The notes under the pieces are model-generated. The model made no database searches, was not told the DNA's origin, and saw only the letters and a list, made by a program, of their open reading frames with translations. From Leptolyngbyaceae cyanobacterium (GTDB lineage Bacteria > Cyanobacteriota > Cyanobacteriia > Phormidesmidales > Phormidesmidaceae), in the NCBI GenBank assembly GCA_965263355.1, contig CBDHHL010000032.1, positions 1,472,001-1,536,000 of the forward strand: DNA of 64,000 nt, given 5' to 3'. Shown here in pieces: positions 31,981 to 43,746 of the stretch (positions within the stretch are counted from its first letter, which is position 1; the number at the start of each line of letters is the position of its first letter). Position numbers and translations under genes: made by a program.

Positions 31981-32889
31981 ATGTCCACTGCCTATCCTCG
32001 TGACCTAGTTGGCTATGGTCAACATCCGCCCCACCCGCAATGGCCCAATAATGCTCGCTTAGCGCTACAGTTTGTGATCAACTATGAGGAAGGTGGCGAA
32101 AACTGTATCCTCCATGGTGATCCAGCATCTGAGGCGTTTCTGTCTGAAACCGTTGGCGCGACGCCACTACCAGGGGTGCGCAATATCAATATGGAGTCCA
32201 TGTATGAGTACGGTAGCCGAGCGGGTTTTTGGCGATTGCATCGGCTCTTTACCCAGCGTAACCTACCAGTCACAGTCTATGCGGTGGCCATGGCCCTGGA
32301 GCGTAATCCTGACGCTGGTAAAGCCATGGTAGCGGCTGGTTGGGAAGTCGCCAGCCATGGCTATCGTTGGATTGATTATCAATATGTGGGCGAAGATACT
32401 GAACGGGAGCATATTCGTAAAGCGATTGAGATTCACACCCAGGTAATTGGCAGTCGACCCCTGGGGTTTTACCAGGGACGCCTGAGCCCTAACACCCGCC
32501 GTCTTGTGGTTGAAGAAGGGGGCTTTCTCTACGATGCCGATAGCTATGCTGATGACCTGCCCTACTGGAATACAGACTATGGCCGTTCCCATTTGGTGAT
32601 TCCTTACACCCTGGACAATAACGATATGCGGTTTGCCACCTATCAGGGGTTTAACTCAGGCGATCAGTTTTTTACCTATCTAAAGGATGCCTTTGATATG
32701 CTTTATACCGAGGGAGAAACGGCTCCGAAGATGATGAGTGTCGGTTTGCATTGTCGACTTTCGGGGCGGCCCGGACGAGCGGCGTCATTAGGTCGATTTT
32801 TGGATTATGTGATGGGCCATGAGGATGTGTGGGTCTGTCGACGGGTGGAGATTGCGCGGCATTGGTATGACCATCATCACCCCCTGTAG
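31981..32889 (+). CDS. puuE: Allantoinase PuuE
   Basis: YPRDLVGYG, NYEEGGE, YEYGSRAGFWR, SHGYRW, GLHCR..GRPGR. Confidence 0.93.
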   Translation: MSTAYPRDLVGYGQHPPHPQWPNNARLALQFVINYEEGGENCILHGDPASEAFLSETVGATPLPGVRNINMESMYEYGSRAGFWRLHRLFTQRNLPVTVYAVAMALERNPDAGKAMVAAGWEVASHGYRWIDYQYVGEDTEREHIRKAIEIHTQVIGSRPLGFYQGRLSPNTRRLVVEEGGFLYDADSYADDLPYWNTDYGRSHLVIPYTLDNNDMRFATYQGFNSGDQFFTYLKDAFDMLYTEGETAPKMMSVGLHCRLSGRPGRAASLGRFLDYVMGHEDVWVCRRVEIARHWYDHHHPL

Positions 32890-32984
32890 GGGCGTTGCCC
32901 CCTACGTTTTGTAACGTAGGATCTATCCATTGCTTGAAATCAAAATAGTATATTTGTATTGTCTTGATTTTGGAGACGACACCT

Positions 32985-33767
32985 ATGGGAATTCGAGATA
33001 GCTACGAAAATGGTGTGTTCAGCTGGGTGGATTTGATCACCAGTGAACAGGAATCTGCAAAGCAGTTCTATGCAGAACTCTTTGGTTGGACCTTTCAGGA
33101 TATGCCAACGGATATGGGTGGGGTGTATTCGATGGCGTTTAAGAGCGATCGCAGCGTAGCCGCTATCTCTGCCATACCGCCCAATGTAGAAAGGCCCCCC
33201 TGCTGGCAAAGCTATATCACTGTCAAAGATTTAGATGCCACAGTTCAAAGCTGGCAGGATCATGGCGGAACGGTTGAAATGGCTCCCTATGATGTAATGG
33301 ATGCAGGGCGCATGGCAGTGGTACAGGATCCCACAGGGGCGGTTGTCAGTCTCTGGCAGGCCAAAGGCCATATTGGGGCAGGGCTGGTCAATGAAGTGAA
33401 TACATTCTGTTGGACAGAACTGCAAACCCGAGGCGCGGATAAGGCGGCGGACTTTTATAGGGCTGTTTTTGGTTGGGAACTGGAGGTGGATGAGAAACCA
33501 CCGAATTATATCTCAACTAAAGTAAAGGGACGCTACAACTGTGGCATGTTCGATATGGATAAGGCGAATTTGCCTGCAGAGATTCCGTCTACCTGGGCGG
33601 TGTATTTTAATGTGGCTGATTTAGATGCATCTCTGGCAACGGTGAATCGCCTTGGTGGCAAGGCATTGATGGAACCGATAGAGATTGAGCCGGGGCGGTT
33701 TACAACAATTATGGATCCTCAAGGCGCAACCGTTGCCTTGATGCAGGTAAATAATCCGGACGATTGA
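32985..33767 (+). CDS. Two-domain VOC/glyoxalase protein
   Basis: WVDL..AKQFY..LFGW; GRMAVVQDPTGA; duplicated second domain. Confidence 0.9.
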   Translation: MGIRDSYENGVFSWVDLITSEQESAKQFYAELFGWTFQDMPTDMGGVYSMAFKSDRSVAAISAIPPNVERPPCWQSYITVKDLDATVQSWQDHGGTVEMAPYDVMDAGRMAVVQDPTGAVVSLWQAKGHIGAGLVNEVNTFCWTELQTRGADKAADFYRAVFGWELEVDEKPPNYISTKVKGRYNCGMFDMDKANLPAEIPSTWAVYFNVADLDASLATVNRLGGKALMEPIEIEPGRFTTIMDPQGATVALMQVNNPDD

Positions 33768-34192
33768 AACTTCCTTGTCTCATAAACAATATTTGGTTGG
33801 AATTTGTTCTCGATAACTGTTCCGGTTGAGCGATTGCAGACTATCTGTGCCGCATCACCAAAAACTTAAATCAGTCCGCTCCAACCGGATTGGAGACAGC
33901 AATTGAGGTTTCTATTAAAGAATCTCCTCACTTTAACGACTATTGTTTGAGATACCAAATTTGCCTTGTGATCAGCCATTCTTCCGAGTTCTCTCTATGG
34001 AGAAGCCAGATCTTTGTGGTTTTGAACGAAATTGATCGTCGATTTGTAAAGCATCAAGCATATAAATCTGCTTGAAAACTTAAAGAACAATTCTAGCTTT
34101 CTATAGGGGCAGCATTGCCCCTATAGAAAGCTATGCTGTTGAGCGCCATCTGTATCTGGGTTTACTGAAGTCTGTACGACACAGAGCCGCTT

Positions 34193-35179
34193 ATGTCTGT
34201 TACACTCCGTTCCCTGGCTTCTGATATCGGATTTCAAGTCGGTGGTGCTATCAGTGTTAGTCACCTTGATATTCCAGAATACCAGGCCATTGCTAGCAAG
34301 TACTTCAATTTGCTGGTGTCGATGGGCGATTTCAAAATCCATAATATCCGTCCTACCTTAACCGACTGGACTTTTGAAAAAGCAGATCGATTAGTTGCCT
34401 TTGCTGAAGCCAATGACCAAGCCATACGGGGTCACACCCTATGCTGGCACTTGGCCTGTAGCGACTGGATGAAGACCTTGGAAGGCCCAGATCTGGAGCG
34501 AACTCTGCGAGAGTTCATCATGGAGATGGTGGGCCGCTACCGTGGTCGGGTAGCTACCTGGGATGTAGTCAATGAAGCTATTAATGATCACGGACGTCCT
34601 CGCCCATCGGTATGGAGGAAGATTGAAAACTTTATTCCTAAATGCTTCCAGTGGGCCCATGAAGCTGATCCAGATGCTGAATTGTTGTACCTGGACTATC
34701 GGGTCCACACCGTAGGCCGCTGGAAAGCCATTGCCAAAATGGTTCGAGAACTCAAATCAATCGGTATTCCCATCCATGGTGTCGGCATGCAGCTGCATCA
34801 TGATGTTATGCGCTCCCTGGCCATTAGTACCCTGCGATTAGAAGGGGCCATCCGCGACCTTAAAGCCTTAGGTGTCAATGTTCACCTGTGTGAAATTACT
34901 GTAGGTTTAGATCCTAAAGCTCAGGTACTGCCTACGGTTATGGCATCTCAACTCCATGCCCAGGCCTATCGACAAATTGCCCAAGCGGCTCTAAACAGTG
35001 GGGCTAATAGCATGACCATCTGGAATCCTTACGACAAACATATTAAACACGTATTTTGTGAGACGATGCCTGGACTTTTTGATGATGCCTATCAACCTAA
35101 GCCTGCTTACCATGCCCTGGTTGACGTTTTCTCCCAACGTTCAGTAGCAGTGCATCGTCAAGATAAAAATGCGGATTAG
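34193..35179 (+). CDS. GH10 endo-1,4-beta-xylanase-like protein
   Basis: RGHTLCWH, WDVVNEA, AHEADPDAEL, GVGMQLH, HLCE, GLFD..YQPKPAY. Confidence 0.88.
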   Translation: MSVTLRSLASDIGFQVGGAISVSHLDIPEYQAIASKYFNLLVSMGDFKIHNIRPTLTDWTFEKADRLVAFAEANDQAIRGHTLCWHLACSDWMKTLEGPDLERTLREFIMEMVGRYRGRVATWDVVNEAINDHGRPRPSVWRKIENFIPKCFQWAHEADPDAELLYLDYRVHTVGRWKAIAKMVRELKSIGIPIHGVGMQLHHDVMRSLAISTLRLEGAIRDLKALGVNVHLCEITVGLDPKAQVLPTVMASQLHAQAYRQIAQAALNSGANSMTIWNPYDKHIKHVFCETMPGLFDDAYQPKPAYHALVDVFSQRSVAVHRQDKNAD

Positions 35180-35315
35180 CGAGAGCGTTCCGACAGGCTG
35201 TGTAAAGGGTTCTGTTAATCTTCCCGAATTCTTCCCGAATTTTTCCTAAAAAACTTCATGTGTTTGCTCTAACCTGCTGCCAATTACACATCCTTATCAG
35301 CGAAGGAGTCAGGCA

Positions 35316-37004
35316 ATGCGGCGACGAGACCTACTAAAACGCGGTACAGCATTTACCGGGGGCGTATCCCTGGCAGCCCTTATTAATGCCTGTGGTTCAC
35401 CGAAGCCCACCGCTGAGTCAACTGAAGAAAAACCTGTTGTTGAGGCTGAAAAAAGTTCTGAACCTGCCGTACTGACAGTAGTCCAAGGTGGTGGTTTCCC
35501 CAATGGCCTGGACCTTCACCAGGTCGGTACCAACCGCCCCTCTTACGGTATCTCCTGGTGCCTCTACGATCGCCTCGTCACCTTTGGCACCAAAACCCTG
35601 GATGATGGCTCCCTCTCCTATGACTACACCGTCATCGAACCAGAGCTGGCCGAATCCTGGACCGTCGCTGACGATGGCCTATCAGTCACCTTTAACCTGC
35701 GTAAGGACGCCACTTTCCACGATGGCACTCCCGTCACTGCCAAGGACGTGAAATGGTCCTACGACCGGGCCGTGTCCGTCGGCGGGTTTCCCTCATTCCA
35801 AATGAAAGCTGGAGCCCTGGAAAATCCAGAACAGTTTGAGGTGGTAGATGACAATACCTTTAAGGTGAACTTCCTACGTAAGGATAAGCTCACTCTGATG
35901 GATATGGCGGTACCGATTCCCGCCATTATGAACTCTGCTCTGATTGAACCCAACGTTACTGAAGAAGACCCTTGGGGCCTGGAATGGACTAATGCCAACC
36001 CCACTGGCAGTGGAGCCTACAAGCTGGATACCTTTAAGCCAGAAGAAAGGGTGGTCTTGGTGCGCAACGATGATTGGAAATCAGGCCCTGTCCCCGCCAT
36101 TGAAAAGATTATTTGGCTAAATGTGCCTGAAGCAGGCAACCGCCGTGCCCTGCTAGAAAAGGGTGACGTGGACATTAACTATGTAGTATCTGAGAAAGAC
36201 ATTAGTGAACTCAAGGCCACGGGCAAGTATACGGTTGTTTCCACACCGATTGAGAACTGTCTCTACACTGTTGACCTCAATAGTCAGCCAGAACTGGACG
36301 GTACCCCCAACCCCTTTAGTGATGTGAAGGTGCGGCAGGCAGTGGCCTACGCCATGCCCTACGATGCCATTGTGGATACTGCTCTTTATGGCGAGTGTGT
36401 CAAAATGTATGGGGGGGAGAGTTTTGAGCCAAAAACCATTGATTGGCCTCAGCCATACCCTTACAGTACTGACATGGCCAAGGCGAAGGAACTTATGGCC
36501 GAGTCAGGCTACCCCGATGGCTTTGATACGACGTTGGCGTTTAATTTGGGGACTCAAGAATGGGCAGAACCGTTCTGTGTATTAGTGAAAGAGTCTCTGG
36601 CAGAGATTGGTATTAATGCCACCTTGGAGAAAGTACCGGGATCTAATTTCCGGGCAGTGCTGGTGGAAAAGAATCGCCCGATGATTGTGAACAACTTTGG
36701 CGGTTGGCTTAATTATCCTGATTATTTCTTCTTCTATTCTTACCATGGGCAAAATGCCACCTTTAATGGTAGCTCCTATCAGAATCCGGAGTTAGATACG
36801 TTGGTGGATAAGGCGTTGGCTACAGAGCCAGGAGATCCAGACTATGAGAAGAGTGTCAAAGGGTTCTTGAAGATTGCGTTTGAAGAGATGCCCCGGATTG
36901 TGGTGGCACAGCCCTATTTGTCGGTGGCGATGCAACCTGGGGTGAGTGGGTATCAGTATTGGTTCCACCGACAGTTGGATTATCGACAGTTGAAGAAGGC
37001 TTAG
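35316..37004 (+). CDS. Dpp/Opp-type ABC substrate-binding lipoprotein (Tat)
   Basis: RRDLLK twin-arginine, LINAC lipobox, PELAESW..FHDGTPVTAKDVKWS. Confidence 0.93.
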   Translation: MRRRDLLKRGTAFTGGVSLAALINACGSPKPTAESTEEKPVVEAEKSSEPAVLTVVQGGGFPNGLDLHQVGTNRPSYGISWCLYDRLVTFGTKTLDDGSLSYDYTVIEPELAESWTVADDGLSVTFNLRKDATFHDGTPVTAKDVKWSYDRAVSVGGFPSFQMKAGALENPEQFEVVDDNTFKVNFLRKDKLTLMDMAVPIPAIMNSALIEPNVTEEDPWGLEWTNANPTGSGAYKLDTFKPEERVVLVRNDDWKSGPVPAIEKIIWLNVPEAGNRRALLEKGDVDINYVVSEKDISELKATGKYTVVSTPIENCLYTVDLNSQPELDGTPNPFSDVKVRQAVAYAMPYDAIVDTALYGECVKMYGGESFEPKTIDWPQPYPYSTDMAKAKELMAESGYPDGFDTTLAFNLGTQEWAEPFCVLVKESLAEIGINATLEKVPGSNFRAVLVEKNRPMIVNNFGGWLNYPDYFFFYSYHGQNATFNGSSYQNPELDTLVDKALATEPGDPDYEKSVKGFLKIAFEEMPRIVVAQPYLSVAMQPGVSGYQYWFHRQLDYRQLKKA

Positions 37005-37032
37005 GCCGAGTATATTGAGCCATTGTCCTGCA

Positions 37033-37125
37033 CTCCCCTCTCGGGAGGGGTGCCCTTTGGGCGGGGTGGGTTTCGGTAACTTGCGCCAGTGGTCACCCAC
37101 CCCTGCGCCCCTCCCAAGAGGGGAA
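37033..37125. repeat. GC-rich intergenic inverted-repeat element
   Basis: CCCCTCTCGGGAGGGG..CCCCTCCCAAGAGGGG arms with internal GGGTGGGT/ACCCACCC arms. Confidence 0.65.
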
Positions 37126-37189
37126 GTTGAAGCAGTAATTCTTTTAAGTCAGAAGAATATATGAAGCTTGATTTCAAATTCCTCGTATT

Positions 37190-38214
37190 ATGTCTCGTCC
37201 TTCCACACTCTCCGTCGTCATCCGTCGAATCATCGCTGCGATTCCTAGCATTCTCGGCGTGATTATCGTCACGTTTGTGCTTACCCGTGCCCTGCCTGGT
37301 GACCCGGCAGCCTACTTTGCTGGACCGGCGGCTACACAAGAAGCGATTGATCAGATTCGAGAAACCTTGGGTCTAAATCGTAGTTTGCCTGCGCAGTTTT
37401 TTATCTATGTAGGAGAACTGCTTCGGGGGGACTTGGGTAATTCTTTGACCACAGGTCAAACCGTTGTCTCTGATTTACTTACGCGGCTGCCTGCTTCTCT
37501 GGAATTGACCCTCGCAGGGTTAATCTTCTCACTCACACTAGCCTTACCTTTAGGCATTCTGGCGGCTACTCGTCCTGGCTCATGGATAGATCATGGGGTA
37601 AGGGTCCTGGCTACTGCCGGGGTGTCACTGCCTACATTTTTTACGGGGTTGTTGCTAATCTATGTGTTTTATTTTCGTCTGGGTGTTGCGCCAGCGCCCC
37701 TGGGCAGGTTAGCGATTCTCTATTCTTCGCCTGATCAACTAACAGGGTTGTTTTTGGTGGATAGTTTGCTGGCTGGAGAATGGGAAACGTTTTGGGCGGC
37801 ATTGGGTCAGTTGATATTGCCTGCCGTTACCTTAGGACTGTTTGCCCTGGCTCCGTTAACGCGGGTTACGCGGGCATCTATGCTGAGTGTCTTGTCCAGT
37901 GATTTTATTCGTACTGCGAGGGCCAGTGGATTAGCACCCCATACGATTTTGTTTGGCTATGCGTTTCGTAATGCCATGTTGCCGGTGGTGACTACATTGG
38001 GGGTGGTGTTTTCTTTTTTGTTGGGGGCCAATGTGCTAGTAGAAAAGGTATTTGCTTGGCCAGGGATCGGTTCCTACGCGGTGTCTGCCCTAATTGCGTC
38101 AGACTATGCTGCAGTGCAGGGGTTTGTGCTGACCATGGCGCTGCTCTATGTGGTGCTCAATTTGTTGATTGATTTACTTTATACCGTGATTGATCCGCGT
38201 GCGGGAGTGGAGTC

Positions 38215-38218
<4 letters not shown>
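37190..38218 (+). CDS. ABC permease (DppB-like)
   Basis: LPGDPA, GDLGNS, TRASML..FIRTARASG, EKVFAWPGIG. Confidence 0.94.
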
Positions 38219-39081
<863 letters not shown>

Positions 39082-39325
39082 AAATGAGATTTCTCCTATG
39101 CTTTAGGGATACCCTAGTACGCTGGGTCTTAGGGCGGCGTTCCGGCCCTAACCATGGGAAACCCCAGTATGCCTAATTGGGATAACGTGATTACTTCCGG
39201 AAAGGGAACTCGGAGGGACCCCAATCAGCCCACTCTCACTCCCCACTAAACCTTTAGGCTAACTTTCCATACAAAATTCTAACCAACAGTCTCTAGCCAG
39301 CAGTGGACTCGATGAAAACCAACTC

Positions 39326-40369
39326 ATGATCTCACCACTCACCACCACTACTACACCCGTCCAAACCTCCCTCCTGTCAGTACGCGATCTGTCAGTCGAA
39401 TTTCGCACCCGCACCGGTACTGTCAAAGCCCTAGAAAACATCAGTTTCCACATTGAAAAGGGTGAAACCCTTGGCATTGTTGGTGAGAGTGGTTCAGGTA
39501 AGTCTGTTCTTGCCCTGGCCATCCTGGGTATCCTCGACCGCGCAGGCCATGTGACCAACGGAGAAGTCCTCTGGAGTCAAAATTCAGAAACCTATAATCT
39601 CCTGAAGATGCCTGAAAAGAAACTACGACAGTTGCGAGGTAAGGAGCTGTCAATGATTTTTCAGAATCCTCGGGTGGCACTAAATCCCATTCGTAAAGTG
39701 GGTAAACAGCTGGTGGATGTGCTGCGCTGTCACTCAGATCTGCCCCGAAACCAGCTAAAGAAACGGGCTCTAGAATTACTGACCAGTGTGAAGATCCCTG
39801 ACCCGCAACAAAGATATGATGCCTACCCCTATGAGCTATCTGGTGGTCTGTGTCAGCGGATAATGATTGCTCTAGGGTTAGCCTGTTCACCCCAGTTACT
39901 AATTGCTGATGAGCCGACAACGGGGCTGGATGTAACTACCCAGGCGACTGTCATGAATCTGTTAAAAGACCTAGCAACAGAGCAACAGATGGCAACAGTG
40001 GTGATTACCCATGATTTGGCATTGGCATCGGAATATTGCGATCGCATTATCGTCATGCATGCTGGCCATGTGGTCGAAAGTGCCCCCACCCATCCCTTGT
40101 TTACACAGCCGCGTCATCCCTATACGGCGAAGTTAATTGCGGCAACCCCTGAACCACATAAAGGATTTGATGATTTGATTCCAATTTTGGGCAGTTTGCC
40201 TGATTTGCGACGGGAGGATTTGCCGCCTTGTCGGTTTATTGGTCGGTGTGATCGGGCGACTGAAAAATGTCGAAAGGAGGATCTTGCTTATCAGCAGGTT
40301 GGTGAGGACCATTGGGTGGGATGTTGGTATCCGTTAGAAAGAAAAATTAAAAATGCTGCAAGTTACTAA
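39326..40369 (+). CDS. ABC ATPase (DppD-like)
   Basis: GESGSGKS, LSGG, IADEPTTGLD, HPYT. Confidence 0.94.
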   Translation: MISPLTTTTTPVQTSLLSVRDLSVEFRTRTGTVKALENISFHIEKGETLGIVGESGSGKSVLALAILGILDRAGHVTNGEVLWSQNSETYNLLKMPEKKLRQLRGKELSMIFQNPRVALNPIRKVGKQLVDVLRCHSDLPRNQLKKRALELLTSVKIPDPQQRYDAYPYELSGGLCQRIMIALGLACSPQLLIADEPTTGLDVTTQATVMNLLKDLATEQQMATVVITHDLALASEYCDRIIVMHAGHVVESAPTHPLFTQPRHPYTAKLIAATPEPHKGFDDLIPILGSLPDLRREDLPPCRFIGRCDRATEKCRKEDLAYQQVGEDHWVGCWYPLERKIKNAASY

Positions 40370-41339
40370 TCTGACGAAACATTTTCCGGTTGCTGCTAAA
40401 ACACCTCATTGGTTTTCTAGCGGTAATCAAACGCAATATCTTCATGCGGTGGATGGTCTGGATTTAATGATTCAGCCGGGAGAGAGTGTGGGGTTGGTGG
40501 GGGAGTCGGGCTGTGGTAAATCTACCCTGATTCGGTTGATTTCGAGGTTGTTGGAGCCGACCAGCGGGTCAATTTTGTTTAATGGTACGGATATTGGCCA
40601 GGTATCTGTAGGAGACTTTGCCCACAGTACCCATCGGGCCAAACTGCAGATGGTGTTTCAGGATCCGAGCGATAGTTTGAATCCACGCTTTACGGCGTTT
40701 GATGCGATTACAGAGCCGATTCGGCGGTTGGGGTCTGGGCAGGATCGTCAAAGATTACAACAGAGAGCAACAGAATTAGCTCAACAGGTAGGACTGCCTC
40801 AGGAATTGCTTAGCCGATTTCCCCATCAGCTTTCGGGGGGACAAAAGGCACGGGTAGGAATTGCACGGGCGATTGCCCTAAATCCTACACTACTGATTTT
40901 GGATGAGCCGACGTCAGCCCTGGATGTGTCGGTGCAGGCAGTAATCTTACACCTGCTGGCGGATCTACGGGAGCAGATGAATATGAGCTATTTGTTTATT
41001 TCCCATGATTTGAATGTGGTCAGGCTGTTGTGCGATCGCATCCTGGTCATGTACTTGGGCAAACTCGTAGAAACAGGTCCCACGGATGATATTTTTAATC
41101 GTCCCAGACATCCCTATACCCAGGCGTTGATTTCTGCTATTCCTGCCTTTGAGGCCAATCCCCACCGGATTCCGCTGACGGGAGAACCGCGCAGTCCAAT
41201 TAATCCATCGCCCCACATTTGTCGTCTGTATGGCCGCTGTCCCCAGGGAGATGAGCGCTGCCAGCAAACGGCACCGACACTAGCCCCCGTTAACGACTAT
41301 CATCAGGTGGCCTGTCATTATCCTAATCCACCTAAATGA
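40353..41339 (+). CDS. ABC ATPase (DppF-like)
   Basis: GESGCGKS, LSGGQ, LDEPTSALD, HPYT. Confidence 0.94.
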   Translation: MLQVTNLTKHFPVAAKTPHWFSSGNQTQYLHAVDGLDLMIQPGESVGLVGESGCGKSTLIRLISRLLEPTSGSILFNGTDIGQVSVGDFAHSTHRAKLQMVFQDPSDSLNPRFTAFDAITEPIRRLGSGQDRQRLQQRATELAQQVGLPQELLSRFPHQLSGGQKARVGIARAIALNPTLLILDEPTSALDVSVQAVILHLLADLREQMNMSYLFISHDLNVVRLLCDRILVMYLGKLVETGPTDDIFNRPRHPYTQALISAIPAFEANPHRIPLTGEPRSPINPSPHICRLYGRCPQGDERCQQTAPTLAPVNDYHQVACHYPNPPK

Positions 41340-42310
41340 CACCACTCCGCTCTGCCAAATTTCTGGGCATTGGCCTAGTACTGTTAAGCACCCTGGGTCT
41401 ATCTGTTCAAAATGTAGTTTTACGTCTGTTTTTTACACCAAGCCGGTTATTTGGTCAGATTCCCTTTGGTGGATTTGTGACGCCCTGGTTTAGTAATGTG
41501 GTACTACTGATGGCCATGCGCATGGCGGTGATGGCATTACTGCTGGCTGGGCTAACGCCCTGGTTATATCCGAAGACGGCTAGGGTATTGGGAGCATTGC
41601 CAAAGACACCTAAGCTGTTGGGCTCTGTTGTGGCCAGTGGGGTGTGTTTGTTTTTTGGGCTGATTTTGCTCTACACAGCCCTGAGTCAGGTGCCAGCGGG
41701 GATTGCGATCGCCACATTCTTTATTTATCCGGCCATTACAGTTTTGTTGGCTTGGCTATTTTTTCGTCAGGTTCCCCGTGCCTATCAGCTTTGGCTGATG
41801 GTGGTTATTTTTATGGGGGTAGCACTCACCTCGCTGACCACATCTACTGAACCTACAGCCAATCCATTGCTTGGGGGCATTTGTGCCCTTGGAGCTGGGC
41901 TGGGTTTCGGTCTATACGGCATTGTCGCTGAACTGTCGCTTAAGGGGCAGCCGGGCCTGCATCCAGTGCCTTTTTCATTGTGTGTATTTACAGTGGTAGC
42001 ACTTTTGGCTAGCCTAACGTTACCAGTCCTTCCGGAAATAACCATTGAACCAACAGTATGGCCGCAAGTCCTTGGGATGACGCTGTTTTCAGCCATACTT
42101 ACTCTGATTGCCTATATTTTGAATAACTCTGGCATTAGCTTAATTGGGGCATCATTAACAGCATTACTGAGTGCTAGTACACCTGCGTTAACGACGTTAT
42201 TTGCCTGGTGGATATTACAAGAGACATTGCAACAACAACAGATTGTTGGGATTGGGTTAGTGACAATCGGCGTGTCTATGCTGAGTTTAAAGTCTCGTCA
42301 TGCTGATTAA
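41336..42310 (+). CDS. EamA/DMT transporter
   Basis: About 10 TMs, FFIYPAIT.LLAW, P..T.LFAWWILQE. Confidence 0.88.
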   Translation: MTPLRSAKFLGIGLVLLSTLGLSVQNVVLRLFFTPSRLFGQIPFGGFVTPWFSNVVLLMAMRMAVMALLLAGLTPWLYPKTARVLGALPKTPKLLGSVVASGVCLFFGLILLYTALSQVPAGIAIATFFIYPAITVLLAWLFFRQVPRAYQLWLMVVIFMGVALTSLTTSTEPTANPLLGGICALGAGLGFGLYGIVAELSLKGQPGLHPVPFSLCVFTVVALLASLTLPVLPEITIEPTVWPQVLGMTLFSAILTLIAYILNNSGISLIGASLTALLSASTPALTTLFAWWILQETLQQQQIVGIGLVTIGVSMLSLKSRHAD

Positions 42311-43544
42311 TATGGTACATCAGACTCCCCGCTATGATTTGGTTGTTTTTGGTGCAACGGGTTTTGTTGGTCGTATTCTCTGTCAGTATTTGATAGCTCA
42401 AGTTGGGGTAAATGGCTCTGTGAAGTGGGCGATCGCAAGTCGTTCCCAGGCTAAGCTAGATGCCCTGGTGTCTACGTTGGAGACCAGCAGCAGTCTGCCC
42501 CAGATCATTGCAGACGTTTCTGATGAGGCTAGCCTACGGGACCTGTGCGTCCAAACCCAGGTTGTTATCTCCACCGTTGGTCCCTACGCTCTGTATGGTG
42601 AACCGCTGGTTAAGGTTTGTGCGGAGACTGGCACCGACTATTGTGATCTGACCGGGGAACCTCAGTGGATTCGCCAGATGATTCAGCGGTACAGTGCCAC
42701 TGCTGAGCAATCCGGGGCACGGATTATCCATTGCTGTGGATTTGACTCGATTCCATCTGACCTGGGGGTTTATTATTTGCAGCAGCAGGCAAAACAAACG
42801 TTTGGGCAATGGTGCGATCGCATCAAAATGCGGGTAAACGCTGTTCAAGGTGGCCTCTCGGGGGGGACCGCTGCCAGTGGCATTAATTTGGTGAAAGAAG
42901 CCAGTGTCGATCCGGCCCTGCGCCAGGAATTGGATAATCCCTATTCCCTTTGCCCAGATAGCAGTCAGTTTGTGGAGCATCCCCCGACGCTGGTTCCCGT
43001 GCAGTACGATCCAGACTTTCAAGGGTGGGTGTCATCCTTTGTGATGGCAGGTATTAATACCCGCATAGTGCTGCGGTCCAATGCCCTGCTGGATTATCCT
43101 TACGGCAAACAGTTTCAGTATGACGAGGCCGTATTGACCGGGCCTAATGCTACAGGCTGGCTGGCAGCCCAGGGCTCTAATATCAGTTTAGGTGGTATAG
43201 CGGCAGCCATAGCGTTCCCACCGACACGCTGGCTATTGGAGAATACGCTACTTCCTAAGCCGGGGGAAGGACCGAGTCAGGCAGCCCAGGAGCAGGGATT
43301 TTATGATTTACGCTTCTGGGGTACGACTGCCGAGGGACAAACTATTCGGGTTAAGGTGACAGGAGATCGCGACCCAGGCTATGGATCAACTGCCAAGATT
43401 TTGGGCCAGGCAGGGCTGTGTTTGGCTGAGGATTTTCCCTTGTCTGTTAAAGCAGGGGGATTTTGGACCCCCGCGACAATGTTTGGTGAGGTTTTGATTG
43501 ACCGTTTGAGAAAAGCAGCCGGATTGACGTTTGAATTGTACTGA
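42300..43544 (+). CDS. Saccharopine dehydrogenase-like oxidoreductase
   Basis: FGATGFVG, VGPYALYG, YCDLTGE, CGFDSIPSD, DPGYGST. Confidence 0.92.
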   Translation: MLINMVHQTPRYDLVVFGATGFVGRILCQYLIAQVGVNGSVKWAIASRSQAKLDALVSTLETSSSLPQIIADVSDEASLRDLCVQTQVVISTVGPYALYGEPLVKVCAETGTDYCDLTGEPQWIRQMIQRYSATAEQSGARIIHCCGFDSIPSDLGVYYLQQQAKQTFGQWCDRIKMRVNAVQGGLSGGTAASGINLVKEASVDPALRQELDNPYSLCPDSSQFVEHPPTLVPVQYDPDFQGWVSSFVMAGINTRIVLRSNALLDYPYGKQFQYDEAVLTGPNATGWLAAQGSNISLGGIAAAIAFPPTRWLLENTLLPKPGEGPSQAAQEQGFYDLRFWGTTAEGQTIRVKVTGDRDPGYGSTAKILGQAGLCLAEDFPLSVKAGGFWTPATMFGEVLIDRLRKAAGLTFELY

Positions 43545-43626
43545 CTCGTATGGTCAAGCAAAGCCTAGGAGTAGCTTGCTATCTAAGTAAATCCAGAGAT
43601 CCCCCAAAGAAATCGCCCTAACCACT

Positions 43627-43746
43627 ATGCAAACGGTAGCCAATGGGATTCTACAAACCCAAGCTGAAGAAATCGCTCAAATGGAACAATGGCAATGCGA
43701 TTGGTACGGAAAACAGGTCAGCCAACCCAAGACTACTAAGGGATAA
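43627..43746 (+). pseudogene. C-terminal remnant of a DUF305-like gene
   Basis: VANGILQTQAEEIAQMEQWQCDWY resembles the DUF305 C-terminal helix. Confidence 0.55.
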
